Notes under the pieces: model-generated | What the model was told of the DNA's origin: nothing | The model's input: the letters and a program-made list of their open reading frames with translations, nothing else | Database searches by the model: none | Assembly (NCBI GenBank): GCA_030390025.1 | Contig: CM059433.1 | Span: 12,712,001-12,776,000 of the forward strand | DNA length: 64,000 nt | Direction: 5' to 3' | Source of the DNA: Squalus acanthias | Lineage: Eukaryota | Translations under genes and position numbers: made by a program | In this document: in pieces, positions 38,501 to 51,510 of the stretch | Position numbering within the stretch: the stretch's first letter is position 1 | How the letters are laid out: the number at the start of each line of letters is the position of its first letter

Positions 38501-39007
38501 AGCGATTGACAGCCCCTCAGCAAATGGAATAAAGACAGATGACAAAGTAGTTGACAACAATAAAAAAACAAAGAGAAATCTAGGTCTTTAAATTCTCTTT
38601 CACTTTTTCTATGGCACCTAGCAACTCTCAAGACATATGTAAAACTGGCAAGAATATATGAAAATGGAGTATTTGATGTGGCCACATTAATACTGCTTCA
38701 TTTCGGTGAGATAATAGATGGCAGGCAGTCTGGCGGCTGTCAGAAATGATGGCAGAGAATGGGCCAAGCATAAAAGTGTGTGAAGGTATGTTGTCTCATT
38801 TCCCACTGCCACCTGCCCCAGTTAACACTGGAAAATTGGATGGTGGTCCGCCAGTTTTAAGAACTCTATAACTACTGGAGTAGTGCCTGATGCTTGGAGA
38901 GTAACCACTGTAATTTCAATATTTAAAAGGAGAAGTGCATTAATCTGGTAATTCAGGCCAGTGAATCGAACATCCAAGTTTGGAAACTATGCATATTTAA
39001 AGACCAT

Positions 39008-39804
39008 GGGGGGAAAAATTCGTTTGGTTAGCACCTCTCGTTAGCGCCTCCGGGGGGCGCTAACGGGGCACTAGGAACTTAGCGCCCGAGCGCGGCGATT
39101 TTAGCGCCGCTCGCGAAATTGACCAGTTGTTTTGTGGCGGCGCTAAACACTACCGCCACGATCTCCTGCGCCCGCAGATCATGACGTCAGTCAAGCGTGC
39201 AACTCCCCGGTAGCGCCCCAGACCGGATATTGAGTCGTGCCCCCTGTCTTAGCGCCTGCCGCTAGGAACGACAGGTAGAGGGGAACGTTTTCAAGTCGGG
39301 AAGGGGCTGGGGGAGCGCTATTTAAAGGTGGGCGCTTCCTGCCTTTTCTTGTCGGCAAAACTTTTGGTTTTAACGCTGTCCTGAGGAGTTTTGGTCCTCA
39401 GCACCACTTTTGAGGTTCCTAAGCACCGAGCTCTGTCCCTGGGCCTATCCATCAGTGCTTCCAACAGAATTGCTTTAGAGGTCTCTCCAGGCCGAGATTC
39501 AAGGCTGCAATGAGCAGGGTGTGGCTGGCCAGCAAGATGGCCACTCCCCTTTAAGAACTGGATGGCGCCAGTCTGTCTGGCTTCCATGGTAACTGACATC
39601 GCCTGAGCTTCGGTAGCGTTCTGAGGTAGCGCCTCGCTCCCCGACGTTTGCGCCTTAAGAGAGGTGTGTAGCGCCTGATTTAAAGCTCAAATCACCTCCA
39701 GGGGGCGATAGAGGCGAATTTTGCAGTCGAAGGCGATAATTAGCTAAACTTTGCACCGGCCGATATTAGCGCCCCAAAATGGGCGATACCCAATTTTTCC
39801 CCCC
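39008..39804. mobile_element. Harbinger-type MITE (family shared with 60818-61687) inside an old CR1
   Basis: TIRs GGGGGAAAAATT / AATTTTTCCCCC; colinear with 60818-61687. Confidence 0.8.
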
Positions 39805-40303
39805 ATATGTTAAGGAGCAGTCAACATGGCTCTAGATGTAATAGTTTGTGTCTCACAAACCTACTGTAATTCTTTGACGAGGTAACTAAACTAGTTAATG
39901 AAGTACGTGTAGTTGTCTTGGATTTTCAAAAGGTGCTTAACAAAAGTGTCCTTTGTAAGCCTAGCATACAAAGCTAATAGTGGAATAGTTGAGAACTTGA
40001 TGGCTTGAAAATTGCAGTAGCAACAGGAGACGGGGGGGGGCGGGGGGGTTGGTGACGAATGGGAAATGTTTTCCCTGACAAAAAAGTTCCATTGGGTTCT
40101 GCTCTGAAACTTCTGCTGCTCACATTATTTGTGAACAATGTGGAACAGGGGGATTGATTTTAACTCCAGGCATGGAATGGGCAAGCTGCACACCCCTGGG
40201 CTGGCCTCAATATCAGGTGGCCTGGATGCTGAGCTAAGTCGGCAGACGTGTAGGTCTGGGGGGTGGGGGGGGGGGGGCGGGATTGATCACAGAGAGTGGG
40301 AAG

Positions 40304-40470
40304 CAATGTTCCCTCTAAGCTGCGCGGCCGTGCAGGAATGGGAAAGGTCCCGCGCAGGCCGCTCACCGGCCTCTCCACAGTAAATACCGCGCATGCGCGG
40401 AAATGTAAAGGGACCGCGCACTGAAAGAAACAGGCCGCGCAGAACAAAGCGCAGTTTACAGGGAACGTTG
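40304..40470. mobile_element. hAT MITE (167 bp)
   Basis: TIRs CAATGTTCCCTCTAAGCTGCGC / GCGCAGTTTACAGGGAACGTTG; exact 8-bp TSD GTGGGAAG (40296-40303, 40471-40478). Confidence 0.88.
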
Positions 40471-41481
40471 GTGGGAAGCCCACAGTATCCTTGTGGAGCT
40501 CAAAGGAGCACCCTTGCTCTTCCTGGGCACAGAACAATAAACCTGTACTTAGCTTTTTGGGCCTTCAGCTAATGGGGCGCATGTGGACTACAAGTTCAAA
40601 GAAATTATAGTTACATTGTATAAATTAGTGGTGAGGCCGATACCTGGTCTATGGTATACCGTTTTAGTGAGATTTTGTTCAGGTGCATTGGAAACGACTC
40701 AGAGTAGAGTGACCAGGATGATTCCAGGCTTTAGCGCACTAAATTATGAAGAAGGGCTGAAGAGACTAAGGCCAGTTTTCAGCAGGCGCGCAGCAATGTG
40801 AGGTAGGAACTCATGCGTTGCTCCAGAAACGAGGTCAACGATTGGGAAGCGGGGAGTTCATGGAAGGGGAGGCCTAGGCACTCCTGCTCCTCCGGGCTTC
40901 AACAGGAAAGTTAAAAAAAAAAGTGAAAACTTACCTTTTTGATCCTCTTCTGGCCCCAGTCCACTTCGCCACTTGGTTGGCCTGATAGGAAACTCACTGG
41001 TGCTTCCCACTCAGGCCCCCCCCCCAGTTAAAATTGCACTCGCGCCCCAATGACGCCAGGAGAGCAGGTGAAAATCTGAACCTGCCAGCTCCCGGCCGTT
41101 CTAGGGCGGCTGAGTAACTTGGGAAATTTTAACGGCCCTCCCACCTGGATTCTGTCGGGTGGGGAGGGTTAAAATCGGCCTGTAAATTTATTTTACGTGG
41201 AGAAAAGACTAAGGAGAGTCATGGCATAGGTCTTTAAAATAATGGACGATTTAAGTAAGCAAGCTACTTAACGTGGACAAAGAATGTAGGATCAGAGGAC
41301 ACAAGTACAAAATTCACAAGCCTTGAAAAACTTCTGCTCCGCCCCAAACCCCTGATCCCCAAGATAGTGGACATGTGGAGCATGGTCCCAGACAAGGTAG
41401 TTGCTTCAGGGTCCAATGGCACCTTTAAAAGGGAACTGGATCAATGTCATTTAACAAGGGGATTGAAGGTGATAGCAATGC

Positions 41482-41657
41482 ATTTAAGAAGGAGATAGAT
41501 AGATTTCTAGATGCAAAAGGCGTCAAGGGGTATGGGGAGAGAGCGGGAATATGGTATTGAGATAGAGGATCAGCCATGGTCATATTGAATGGCGGAGCAG
41601 GCTCGAAGGGCCGAATGGCCTACTTCTGCTCCTATTTTGCTATGTTCTATGTTTCTA
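41482..41657 (+). mobile_element. Young CR1 3' end
   Basis: Nearly identical to 6816-6983. Confidence 0.85.
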
Positions 41658-42187
41658 CTTGCAGTACTCTGTAAGACAACATTCTTCAACCAGTAAGACC
41701 TAAAATAAATGAACTGGTCATTCACCTCATTACTGTTTGTAGGACTATGCTGTAGGCAAAATGTTTGCTGCATTCCCTTGCATAACAATAATGAACATGA
41801 AAACATACAAAAGTGTCAGACAGGAAAAACACAACTGATTTATTCAGCTTGTCCCATACAGTCGTGGTGTCTTATGCATCACGATGTAAGCACTCCCTAC
41901 TCACCCGGAGCCATGTAATCTCCTGGAAGAGGTGTAAAACCTGATTAAAAACCCAGCCAATTCAGGGAGAAATTCAGAAAATTCCTCTCCAACCCCTTTA
42001 GTTGATCGAAACTAGTCCAGGAGGCCGCACTGACGCCGAGTTATATTACAGCGTACCCACCTGTTGGACAAATTGATCTCCTCCCCAGACAGAAAAAGGT
42101 CCAGCTCTCTCTTAAAGGTATACAGTGAGTCAGCATTCACTACCCGAGCCGACAGCCTGTTCCACAGGTCCACTATTCTACAGGAAA

Positions 42188-42296
42188 CTAAGAACATAAG
42201 AAATAGGAACAGGAGTCGGCCATTTGGCCCCTCGAGCCTGCTCCGCCATTCAATAAGATCATGGCCGAGCTTCGGCCTCAACTCCACTGTCCCGCC
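42188..42296 (-). mobile_element. CR1 3' tail inside an older LINE remnant
   Basis: aagaacataagaaataggaacaggagtcggccatttggcccctcgagcc, the CR1 3' UTR in reverse. Confidence 0.75.
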
Positions 42297-42900
42297 CGGA
42301 AGAGAAGAACCACCCAACTAGGAAACATCCAACCTCATTCAGTTCCTTGCGTAACTTGTGAGCGTGACCCCGGGTCCTCCATAACCTGTCCATTTCAAGT
42401 AAAATGACTGCGATTCAAAAATAATTCCTTGTGTGTGAAATATTTGTGATACCCTGATAGATGTGATAAGGCATTATAAGTTCTTTGTTTCCGTAAGATA
42501 GTGGAGAAACGTTTTGGGGTGGGCACGGGACCGGGCACGATATCGGCGATGTGCCCGCTCGACTTTCCGGTTCGGACCTCAGTGACGTGTTATCAGCGAG
42601 CTGCGGGCTCCGAATGGGTGCCCCACTGCACCTCGCCAGTTTCACTGGCAAAATTTTCTGGCTACTCCAGCAGGCAGCGTAGGTTGTGGTGGTGGTGGGG
42701 GGGCGGGAGGACCAGCCAACAGCAGGCTCCTGCTCCTCCAAGTCCGACTAAAATCTTTAAGAAAACAACAAAAATCTCGCCTTTTGGGAAGAGGCCTCCA
42801 GTGGTCCCATTTAAGCTGGGCCTCTCCACACCTGGAACAGAGCAACATAGGATCAGGAGTAGGACATTCCACCCCTCGAGCCTCTTCCACCATTCAATTA

Positions 42901-43119
42901 TGAGAAGTCGCACAACACCAGGTTATAGTCCAACAGATTTATTTAAAATTACAAGCTTTCGGAGCTGTTGCCCCTTCGTCAGGTAGAGTTACGATGGGAC
43001 GAAGGGGCAACAGCTCCGAAAGCTTGTAATTTTAAATAAATCTGTTGGACTATAACCTGGTGTTGTGCGACTTCTCATTTTTGTCCACCCCAGTCCAACA
43101 CCGGCATCTCCGCATCATG
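42901..43119. mobile_element. PLE insertion made of inverted pLTR fragments
   Basis: Perfect 81-bp inverted repeat (42900-42980 / 42998-43078, 17-nt spacer); 12-bp TSD ACCATTCAATTA (42889-42900, 43120-43131). Confidence 0.9.
42950..42985 (-). ncRNA. Minimal type I hammerhead ribozyme motif (PLE family 2)
   Basis: Minus: TAC-CTGACGA-a-GGGGC aaca GCTCC-GAAA-GC-TT-GTA; intact core, palindromic AAGCTT, stem I TAC/GTA. Confidence 0.75.
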
Positions 43120-45498
43120 ACCATTCAATTAGATCATGGCTGATCAGTATCTTAAATCCATTTACTGCCTTTGCTCCATATCCCTTGATACCCTTACCTT
43201 ACAACAATCTATTGATCTCAGTCTTGAAAATTTCAATTGATCCAGCAACCCCAGTCTTTTGGGAAAGAGAGTTCCAGATTTTCACTAACCTATTTAAAAA
43301 AAATGCTTCCTGCTTTCACTCCTAAATGGTTTACCTCTAATTTTAAGATCATGCCCTCTTATTCTGGATTCTCCCAGCAGAGGAAATAGTTTCACCAAGA
43401 ATGCCTACTTCCACCTCCGTAGCATCGCCCGACTCTGCCCCTGCCTCAGCTCATCTGCTGCTGAAACCTTCATCCACGGCTTTGTTACCTCTAGACTTGA
43501 CTATTCCAACGCACTCCTGGCTGGCCTCCCATCTTCCATCCTCCATAAACTTCAACTCATCCAAAACTCCGCTGCCCGTGTCCTAACTCGCACCAAGTCC
43601 CGATCGCCCATCACCCGCTGTTGCTCGCTGACCTACATTGGGTCCCGGTCCGGCAATGCCTCGATTTCAAAATTCTCATCCTTCTTTTCAAATCCCTCCA
43701 TGGCCTCGCCCCTCCCTATCTCTGTAACCTCCTCCAGCCCAACAACTCTCCAAGATCTCTGCGCTCCTCCAATTCTGACCTTGTGCGCATCCTCGATTTT
43801 AATCGCTCCACTTTTGGCGGCCGTGTCCTCAGCTGCCTAGGCCCTCGGCTTTGGAATTCCCTCCATAAGAAGCCTCTCCACCTCTCTACCTCTCCTCCTT
43901 TTAAGATGTTCCTTAAAACCTCTCCCGACATCTTCTTATGTGGCTCGGTGTCAAATCTTGTTTGATAGCACTCCTGTGAAGCGCCGTGGGACGTATTAAA
44001 GGCGGTATATAAATGCAAGTTGTTGTTGTTTCTTTTTCTCAACCTTATCGAACCCCTTTATCATTTTAAACACCTCAATTAGATCACCCCTAACCGTCTA
44101 AACTCGAGGGATACAAGCTATGTTTATACGCCCTGTTCTCATAATCTAACCCTTTAAGCCCGAGTATGATTCTGTACCCCCTTCAAATGCCAATATACCT
44201 TTGCTGAGGTTCGATGCCCCAAAACTGAATGCAGCACTCCAGATAAGAAGAAATGAGACTGGCATGCACTGTGCATGTTTCTACTTGAAAGTTACAATTG
44301 GGGTTCTACAACAGGCTTAGGACTCCGATTTGCATATCTAAACAGCTTCTTGCCTGTTTTTTTGCGCGGAATGCAGGGTGCCCATTTGAAGGCCTGCCTG
44401 AAGGTTGGTTCAGGCTGCCGACTGGGTGCCCAAAGGTCCCCACCAGACTTTCGGATTGCCGGTCGCCCATTTTCTCAGGTGAGAAATGGGCAGCCAGCGG
44501 TTGGAAAGTCTCCCCCCATTAGCATTTCGTTTCTGCTTCTCTCAGCAACTTGCCTGCCTCAAAAGTTTACATCGTACAGATTACAAGATACCAGATTTTC
44601 AATCGTTGGAAAATGTTTTGAGTTGTGGCTGAGAAAGAGGCTATCTTGGGTAAAATTCTAACTATCGTAAAGCATAATCTTTTGCTTCAGTTGTGGTTTT
44701 ATTCAATCTGTTCATCCAAGTCCTTATAAATGGAATTTAGACTCTGATGTGGTTACAGAACATTCCTTAATCTCAGAACACAGAATGTGTAGGTCTGATT
44801 CCTTTTTTCACTTTCACACCTAAAACAAAAATGATTTCAAAAGATAGTGGGGCCGATTTTAAAATCAACACCATTGGTCCCTAGCGTGGAGCGGCTAAAC
44901 AAGCGGTCTTACAGGCTGCTCCAAAAAACAGCCAAAAAGTATCTGTCTTACACTTTTTTGAGGCGAGGAGGAGCAGGATTGCTAGTCCCTGTGTGGACAA
45001 CGCCCCCCCCCCCGCCCCACCCCGCCGACATTAAGGAATCGCCTCCCCCACCGGTTCCGATTTCCCACCCTTCTTGACTGATAAGCTAGCTTGGAGCGTC
45101 CATTCGAGGCTCGTAGCTCACCGGCTGCACGCTAACGAGGCCCCAACCACTTTCACTTTCAACGCGGCGATTAATTGACAGTTGCAGGTTGGTGGCCCGT
45201 TACCGATTATCCCCTTCCGTTGACTTATAACGGGCGTGTAACGGGCAGCCGATTGGCAACCGCCAGCTTACTGCTGCGCCAAAAGTGAAAATTGGCCACA
45301 CAGTTTGGGGGCCTCTCACTGCTGTGATCGGGCTGGCAGCGCCAGTGCAACGCCATTGGCCCGCCCCCACCACCACCCCCCCCCCCCCGTCCGTCCCCCC
45401 CGATTACCACAGTGAACAAACACTGGCCCCATTATCTGTATCGTATGATGCAAATTTATTTTATTCTGCCAAGCTCCTTAACTGTTTTCTGATTCTAA

Positions 45499-45663
<165 letters not shown>

Positions 45664-47057
45664 TGAAAAAGAAGTTCAAAGTGCAAGGTAGACATATTTT
45701 ACAATTACCATCATGTGCAACCTGCCGGAGCTCCTGAAGGAACGTCTGTCATTTTCTTATCAGTTTGGGTGCCGTGCCAACCTCTCAACCAACCACCAAA
45801 AATGAACCATGCCGTTTTTGTCTTATTCCCTGATAAATTGCAGAAAGTGAAATACAGGAAATTATCTGTAGCTGTAATTTTGAACTCTGCGGGGGGAGCG
45901 ATACTGGTTTTCGCCAGTGACTCGGCAGCCCCTTTTCACTCCCCGCCCGACCGACTGACTGAAATGGAAATGAAAATCAGGCGGGGGTGTAAAACGAGCT
46001 GCCGATTCGCCACGACCACGTTTCGTGCTACTGCCGAAGACCAGTTTCACTCCCAAAGTCTCTTGTGATCATTAAATTTATAAATAATGTGTAACTGTAA
46101 AAAAAAAAATCAGATGAATGTCAAGCTTGCAGCAATGCTCAAAGCTTTCAGAAACATTTATTTATGTGACAGGAAAACAGAGTGGCAAAGTTAGAATATA
46201 TATATTTTGCTCCCTTTCTCTATGCGACTTCGCCATGTCACGTGCCATCCTCTGTTAATAAGGCAAATAACTGAGCTGCCCATAGGGGCGGAACTTTCAA
46301 CTCTTGTAGGGGCGTAAAAACGGAGGCTAGTGGATCACCCGCCCCTTATACACACACCCCCGCCCGATTTTCCTTTCCATTGAAGTCAGTGAAAAGCAGA
46401 ACTGGGCAGCTGATACGTTACAGCCGGTTTTATGCCCCTGCCGAAGTTGCAAGTTCTTCCCTGGGAGTCTTGCTTGTGCCACTCCACACTGGGGTGAGCC
46501 GATTCTAATATTTTATCACTCCCTGTCGAGAAAGTGTGGTCTCTTCCTTTGGGCAGTCAATGCCCCTGCCTGTTTCAGGCTTGCCTTTGAAAATTGGGGT
46601 CCTATGATGTGGTTCGGACCCCGATTGCAATTTTCAGGGGCACGCGGGCGGAACTGGCCGATCCAAAGAGAGCCCAGAAAAGGTTCTGGGTCGTATTTTT
46701 GCAGAGCCAGGTGGAGCATTTCTCTGCGGTTTATTGCTGGCCTGGGCTTGCCCCCCTCCCCCCCCACTTCTAACGTTCGTGTTTCCCTCCCCCCCCCGTA
46801 ACTGAGGGCTGAGCCGGTGTCCGAGTCGCCCAATATTGCGGTGCCCTGGAGTTGGCGAGCTGCTTTGGGGCGCAGGTTCAGGGCACGCAACTCGCCGGCA
46901 GCATGGAAATCAGACCCAGTCCTCTAAATGACTCGGGCCTCCTGCCGGTGGGAATGGGCGGACGGCCGGCGTGCTTCACTGGTCGGCCACCCGAAAGTTC
47001 AAATCTACCCCAATGTCCAGTGCTGATGGCAATGTGTGGAGAATCACAGGTTTGGGT

Positions 47058-47342
47058 TTTTTTTATTAGTTTTTATGGGGTGTGGGCATCGCTGGCAAGG
47101 CCAACATTTATTGTCCCATCCCTAATTGCCCTCGAGAAGGTGGTGGTGAGCCGCCTTCTTGAACCGCTGCAGTCCGTGTGGTGAAGGTGCTCCCACAGTG
47201 CTGTTAGGGAGGGAGTTCCAGGATTTTGACCCAGCGACGATGAAGGATCGGCGATATACTTCCAAGTCAGGATGGTGTGTGACTTGGAGGGGAACTTGGA
47301 GGTGGTGGTGTTCCCATGCGTCTGCTGCCCTTGTCCTTCATG
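47058..47342 (-). mobile_element. Non-LTR retrotransposon (CR1/L2 group) 3' end
   Basis: Minus GSKSWNSLPNSTVGAPSPHGLQRFKKAAHHHLLEGN* plus A-rich tail; the same tail occurs on + at about 53798-53850. Confidence 0.8.
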
Positions 47343-49573
47343 TGAGCAGGTATCCTGCCACTCAACATCTCTTCCTGATCACAATTTGTAGATAACCACA
47401 GGCACAAACAGATATTCTACCACTCCAATGACGCAGCATACCAGAGCACCAATATGGCAGTGCTACCATGCTGCCATTAAAAGTTGAAAACTGAATAACA
47501 AAGATTAAAACTAGAAATTAATAGAGCACAATAAAATCAGAAAGAAAACAGATACAAAAAAGCAGAGGAGCAAAGAATAAAAGTGGAAAACAGAAGATGA
47601 GAAATTAAAAATACCAATTAGAGGCTCAGTAATTTTATCACCAAGTGTCACTACAAGTGTAGTTTTAGCTGTGCAACACTGCTATTTAATTCTAAGGTGT
47701 GTTTAACATAGGCTGAAAATTTCCTCACAGCTGCTCCTGCTCTGCCGCCCTAACTTCACCGGAGGTGCATCTGAAACCTTGTTAAAATCGAACGTAAACA
47801 GGGATTCCGCTGTACTTCCGGCAAAGTTACGGTGGTGGAATGGGAGCAGCTCCGAGGAAATTCCTGGCGATAGTAATAACATTACTGAAGTAAAACAGCC
47901 ATTTCTTGTGGATGGTTCACACCAACTTTAGCTTGGCTGTGATTTCCTTATATTTGAAAGAATTTGCAATGCCTGAGATATTACTCACTTTATTATCGCG
48001 ACAGGAGCAGATAGGCAATGTTTGGAGCTATTTGGACAATATTTTTTTCTCCCCGTAGGAGTAGTCTACACTCACCTGTGAGAAAGAGCAGAAAGAATGG
48101 GAGATTTGAGAACATAGGAGGAGGGGAACAAAGAGTAACCCATTTTCACATAGCAGGCTGTACAAGCCAAGAATAAATGATTTGTCATTATTGGAGGAAT
48201 AGTGTATAAGGAGCTTGAGGCTAATTAGAGAGAAAATAATCGTTTCGTCAAAAGCTGGCTCCAGATCTGGAAGTTTGCTCGGTGACTTCGACTACTGTGC
48301 CTATGGCTGGAAAAATTTGCCGCAAGTAGGGGCTGTTGGCCTAGTGCCCCTGAGTTAACAAGGCAATAATCAGCCAGGTTTCTCAATCCTAAGGAGTTAT
48401 ACCTGCTTGAAAGTATGCTTGCCCATCGGGGTGTAATGGGAAGAGACGAGGGTTCGCGATGACCTCATTAAATGTCATTTCAATTCACAAAATCTCTATT
48501 CTGCCAGCGGCCTCAGTTCATCTTACTTTCTAGATAGTTTTATTTTGCTATTCCCAATTGACAATTAACTGCGGCTACATAATATGTATGCATATATTCA
48601 TATAGAACAATTACATAGAATTATGATCAAATCACTCTCTGGAACAGAGAATTAAACAAATTGAACTATGTATAAAATGCTTCATAGATTTATATGATAA
48701 ATACAGAGAAAGAGGGTGACCCTAAACTTCTCTGCCATATTTCTTCCTGGTTATGACATTTGTGAATCTCCCATGGAACTAACATCACTGGAGGAAGGAG
48801 TCACATCTATATGGGGTGTTGGGATGATGGTGGCATCAATGGAATTGTCTGATGTTTGTGCACTGGGGCAAGGACCATCTTAAATCACGTTGATGGAGGG
48901 TGGGCAGTGTCTTAAAAATGGATTACAAGGATTTGGTGCTTGGGCTAGCTAACATAACTGACTTAAGAACCAACACTATGCCTGTGATGTTCCAGTAGAG
49001 CTACTCAATGCAGACATCCACCTGGCTGAAATCAGACTAAATGACATATCTAGCCTTACAGATGATTGCACTCTTACTCCATTTTGTAAGTCCTGCTCTC
49101 AGAAAAGTTTGGAAAGTTGATCCTGTGCCAGAAGTAACTATAATGGGAGAATTTTCCAATGTAGTGCCCATGTTGTTTAATCTCTGGATTGTGCTCACAC
49201 TTGCAAAAGTGGTGTTATTCCTTTGTGTTATAGGCTGTTCAGTGTATCTCCTTCAACTCCAGATGGCTAGCTCATCTGTGGAGAAACAGGGGGTAAAAGT
49301 CAACTTTGGCCGTTTCAAGGTTAAGTCAATAGAAAGGAAAATTGGACAGGATGTACAACAGGTGGCCAATACATTAACACCTATTTTGCGTCCCCATTGA
49401 AATTGAATTTACCCCCACAACGTAGTAAATTGGACTGTATCGCACCACCTTTATAACCACATCAGACAGAAAGTAGACCTAAGAGTGGGATTGATGGATG
49501 CTTGAGCACAGCGTGGCTGTCCAACCTTTCAGCTGTGGAATTGTATGGCGCAAGGAAGAAAAGGAGACTTATC

Positions 49574-50273
49574 GGGCTGGATTTTGATACTGGGGCGGGT
49601 TGGGGTCGTGTCATCCACTTTTCGTGTTATCCACCCGACTGCAATTGGATGTGGGAGATTGATGCGATTTTCACCTAATTGGGCAATTGAGTTCCAGCAT
49701 GTGGGAACCCATGAACCAATTAGTGTTTTCAGTCTGAAAGTCGCCTCTGATGATGTCATCATTGCTGCTGCATTGAAGGTCTTCAGAGACTGCCTGGCCT
49801 TTGCTGTGAGAGGACCTGGATGCAAAATGAGCAGCAGCAGCCCTAAGTCTGCTCCCAGATATTTTTACACCACCACTCCCAGATATGTCTCCTCCCCATC
49901 CATCCATATATGCATCCATCCACATAGCCATCCACATAGCCATCCATCCATCCATCCAGCCAGCCAGCCAGATGTGCTCCCGCCAGGTTTCACATTCGTG
50001 GTTCAGAACAGGCGTGCTTCACGTAGAAAAAGGGTTAAAATCACAAAGGCCTTTCAAAATGGCATTATAGAGGCAATTTAGTGCTTGTTAAGGGCCTTAA
50101 CAGCCCATCCCGCCTCTTAGAGGTGGGACGGAGTCGGGACCAGCAGACACGATTTAATGAAAATTGCGTGGAGGTGGGTTGGAGGCGGGCTTGTGCCCGC
50201 CCGCCAGTTTTCGCAATTTTAACCACCCACACGCCTCCAAACCCACCTCCACGGGTCAATGAAAATCCAGCCC
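49574..50273. mobile_element. Harbinger MITE
   Basis: Perfect 12-bp TIRs GGGCTGGATTTT / AAAATCCAGCCC; 3-bp TSD ATC on both sides; internal (ATCC)n/(AGCC)n at about 49895-49970. Confidence 0.88.
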
Positions 50274-51339
50274 ATCATCTCCAAAGCAAGAAAAAAAAAT
50301 GTAAAAATTAGCAGTACAATTAAAAGGAAAAAGCTAGCTAAAAGTGGAGCAATGAAGTAGAATATGGCAAGAATAAAAGTAAATGATAGAATTGCAAAAT
50401 AAGAAAATTTCCAAAAATATTCGAAATATTGAAAAGATACCCACATGTGCTTTTTTAAACTGGAAAAAGGTGATACAATTGAGAAATATAACGTGAGGGG
50501 CACTGATTTCAGGAAGTGAATTGAGGAACTGAAGAACCTTGTTTTTGCTAAAGAAGTTAGTTATGAAAGTAGACAATCCCAAGTAACAGTGTGTTGGTCA
50601 GGCAGAGTGTGGATGTGATTAGATAAGAAAAATTAACTAGACAAGTGAGCAGGAATATGCAAGGGAAGGATCTCAACTCACTCTATTGTAAAAGTATTCA
50701 GAATTATGTAGCCTCATTTTCATTAGATCCTTAGTCAGTTTTCCTGGTCTCTAAGGTATAGTGTGATAGCTATAACATTCATTATGCACAAGTGTACTTG
50801 GCATCAAAGCCCCATGCTACTTTATAAGTATCTTAGCCCACGGCTTAGGCATTTATCCAACATGGTCAAACTTTCATGCATAACAAAATATGACAAGTAC
50901 AATGCATCATGGAACTGTATTTTATAACATATCCAGAACACAACTCCTGCTAAAAACATGGTGTGTACAAGAAGACAGTAAAGCTAGGGCGAGTATATGT
51001 TTGACAATAACATCGTGCTGTCATTATTATTAATGAAAGAAACAATTTCTCACACTAAGTATAATATTTTCTGAAGAAAGCAGCATAATGAATGTAAAAT
51101 CCAAATGGAACGCTTGTTTCAGGGAGTTTGATTGCGTCGTGACATTCGTGAGATGTTCTGCACGTTGTTTGGCTGTGATTTATTAAAGAGGGTTGCTTGC
51201 CCTCAGGACCCCATTTAGATTTAATTACAAATATAATTATTTTTACACTCGTTTTTAAATTCAAAGAAAAAAATGTGAGTGCTGATGGTCTCATTGGAGG
51301 AACTCAATTGTATGAGTTACTTAGCATGGACTGTATGAA

Positions 51340-51510
51340 GGAACTTCAGTTAGTCGCACTTCCTTCTCGGAGTCAGGAGGTTATGGGTTCAAGCCCTACT
51401 CCAGTACTTGAGTACATAATCTAGACTGGCATTTCAGCGCAGTACTGAGAGTGTGCTGCATCACCAGTAACGTTATCTTTTAATTGAGATGTTAAACTGA
51501 CGTCGCCTGT
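51340..51510 (+). mobile_element. DeuSINE 5' fragment
   Basis: gagtcaggaggttatgggttcaagccctactccag...gagtgtgctgca...gagatgttaaac; matches the 19828-20262 family. Confidence 0.6.

Larger units (their letters stand above)
42843..44245 (-). mobile_element. CR1 3' region hosting a PLE palindrome (42901-43119) and an L2 insertion (about 43393-44030)
   Basis: CR1 minus sequence resumes after each insert. The L2 is on + and reads LADLHWVPVRQCLDFKILILLFKSLHGLAPPYLCNLLQP...LWNSL with a (GTT)n tail. Confidence 0.82.
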
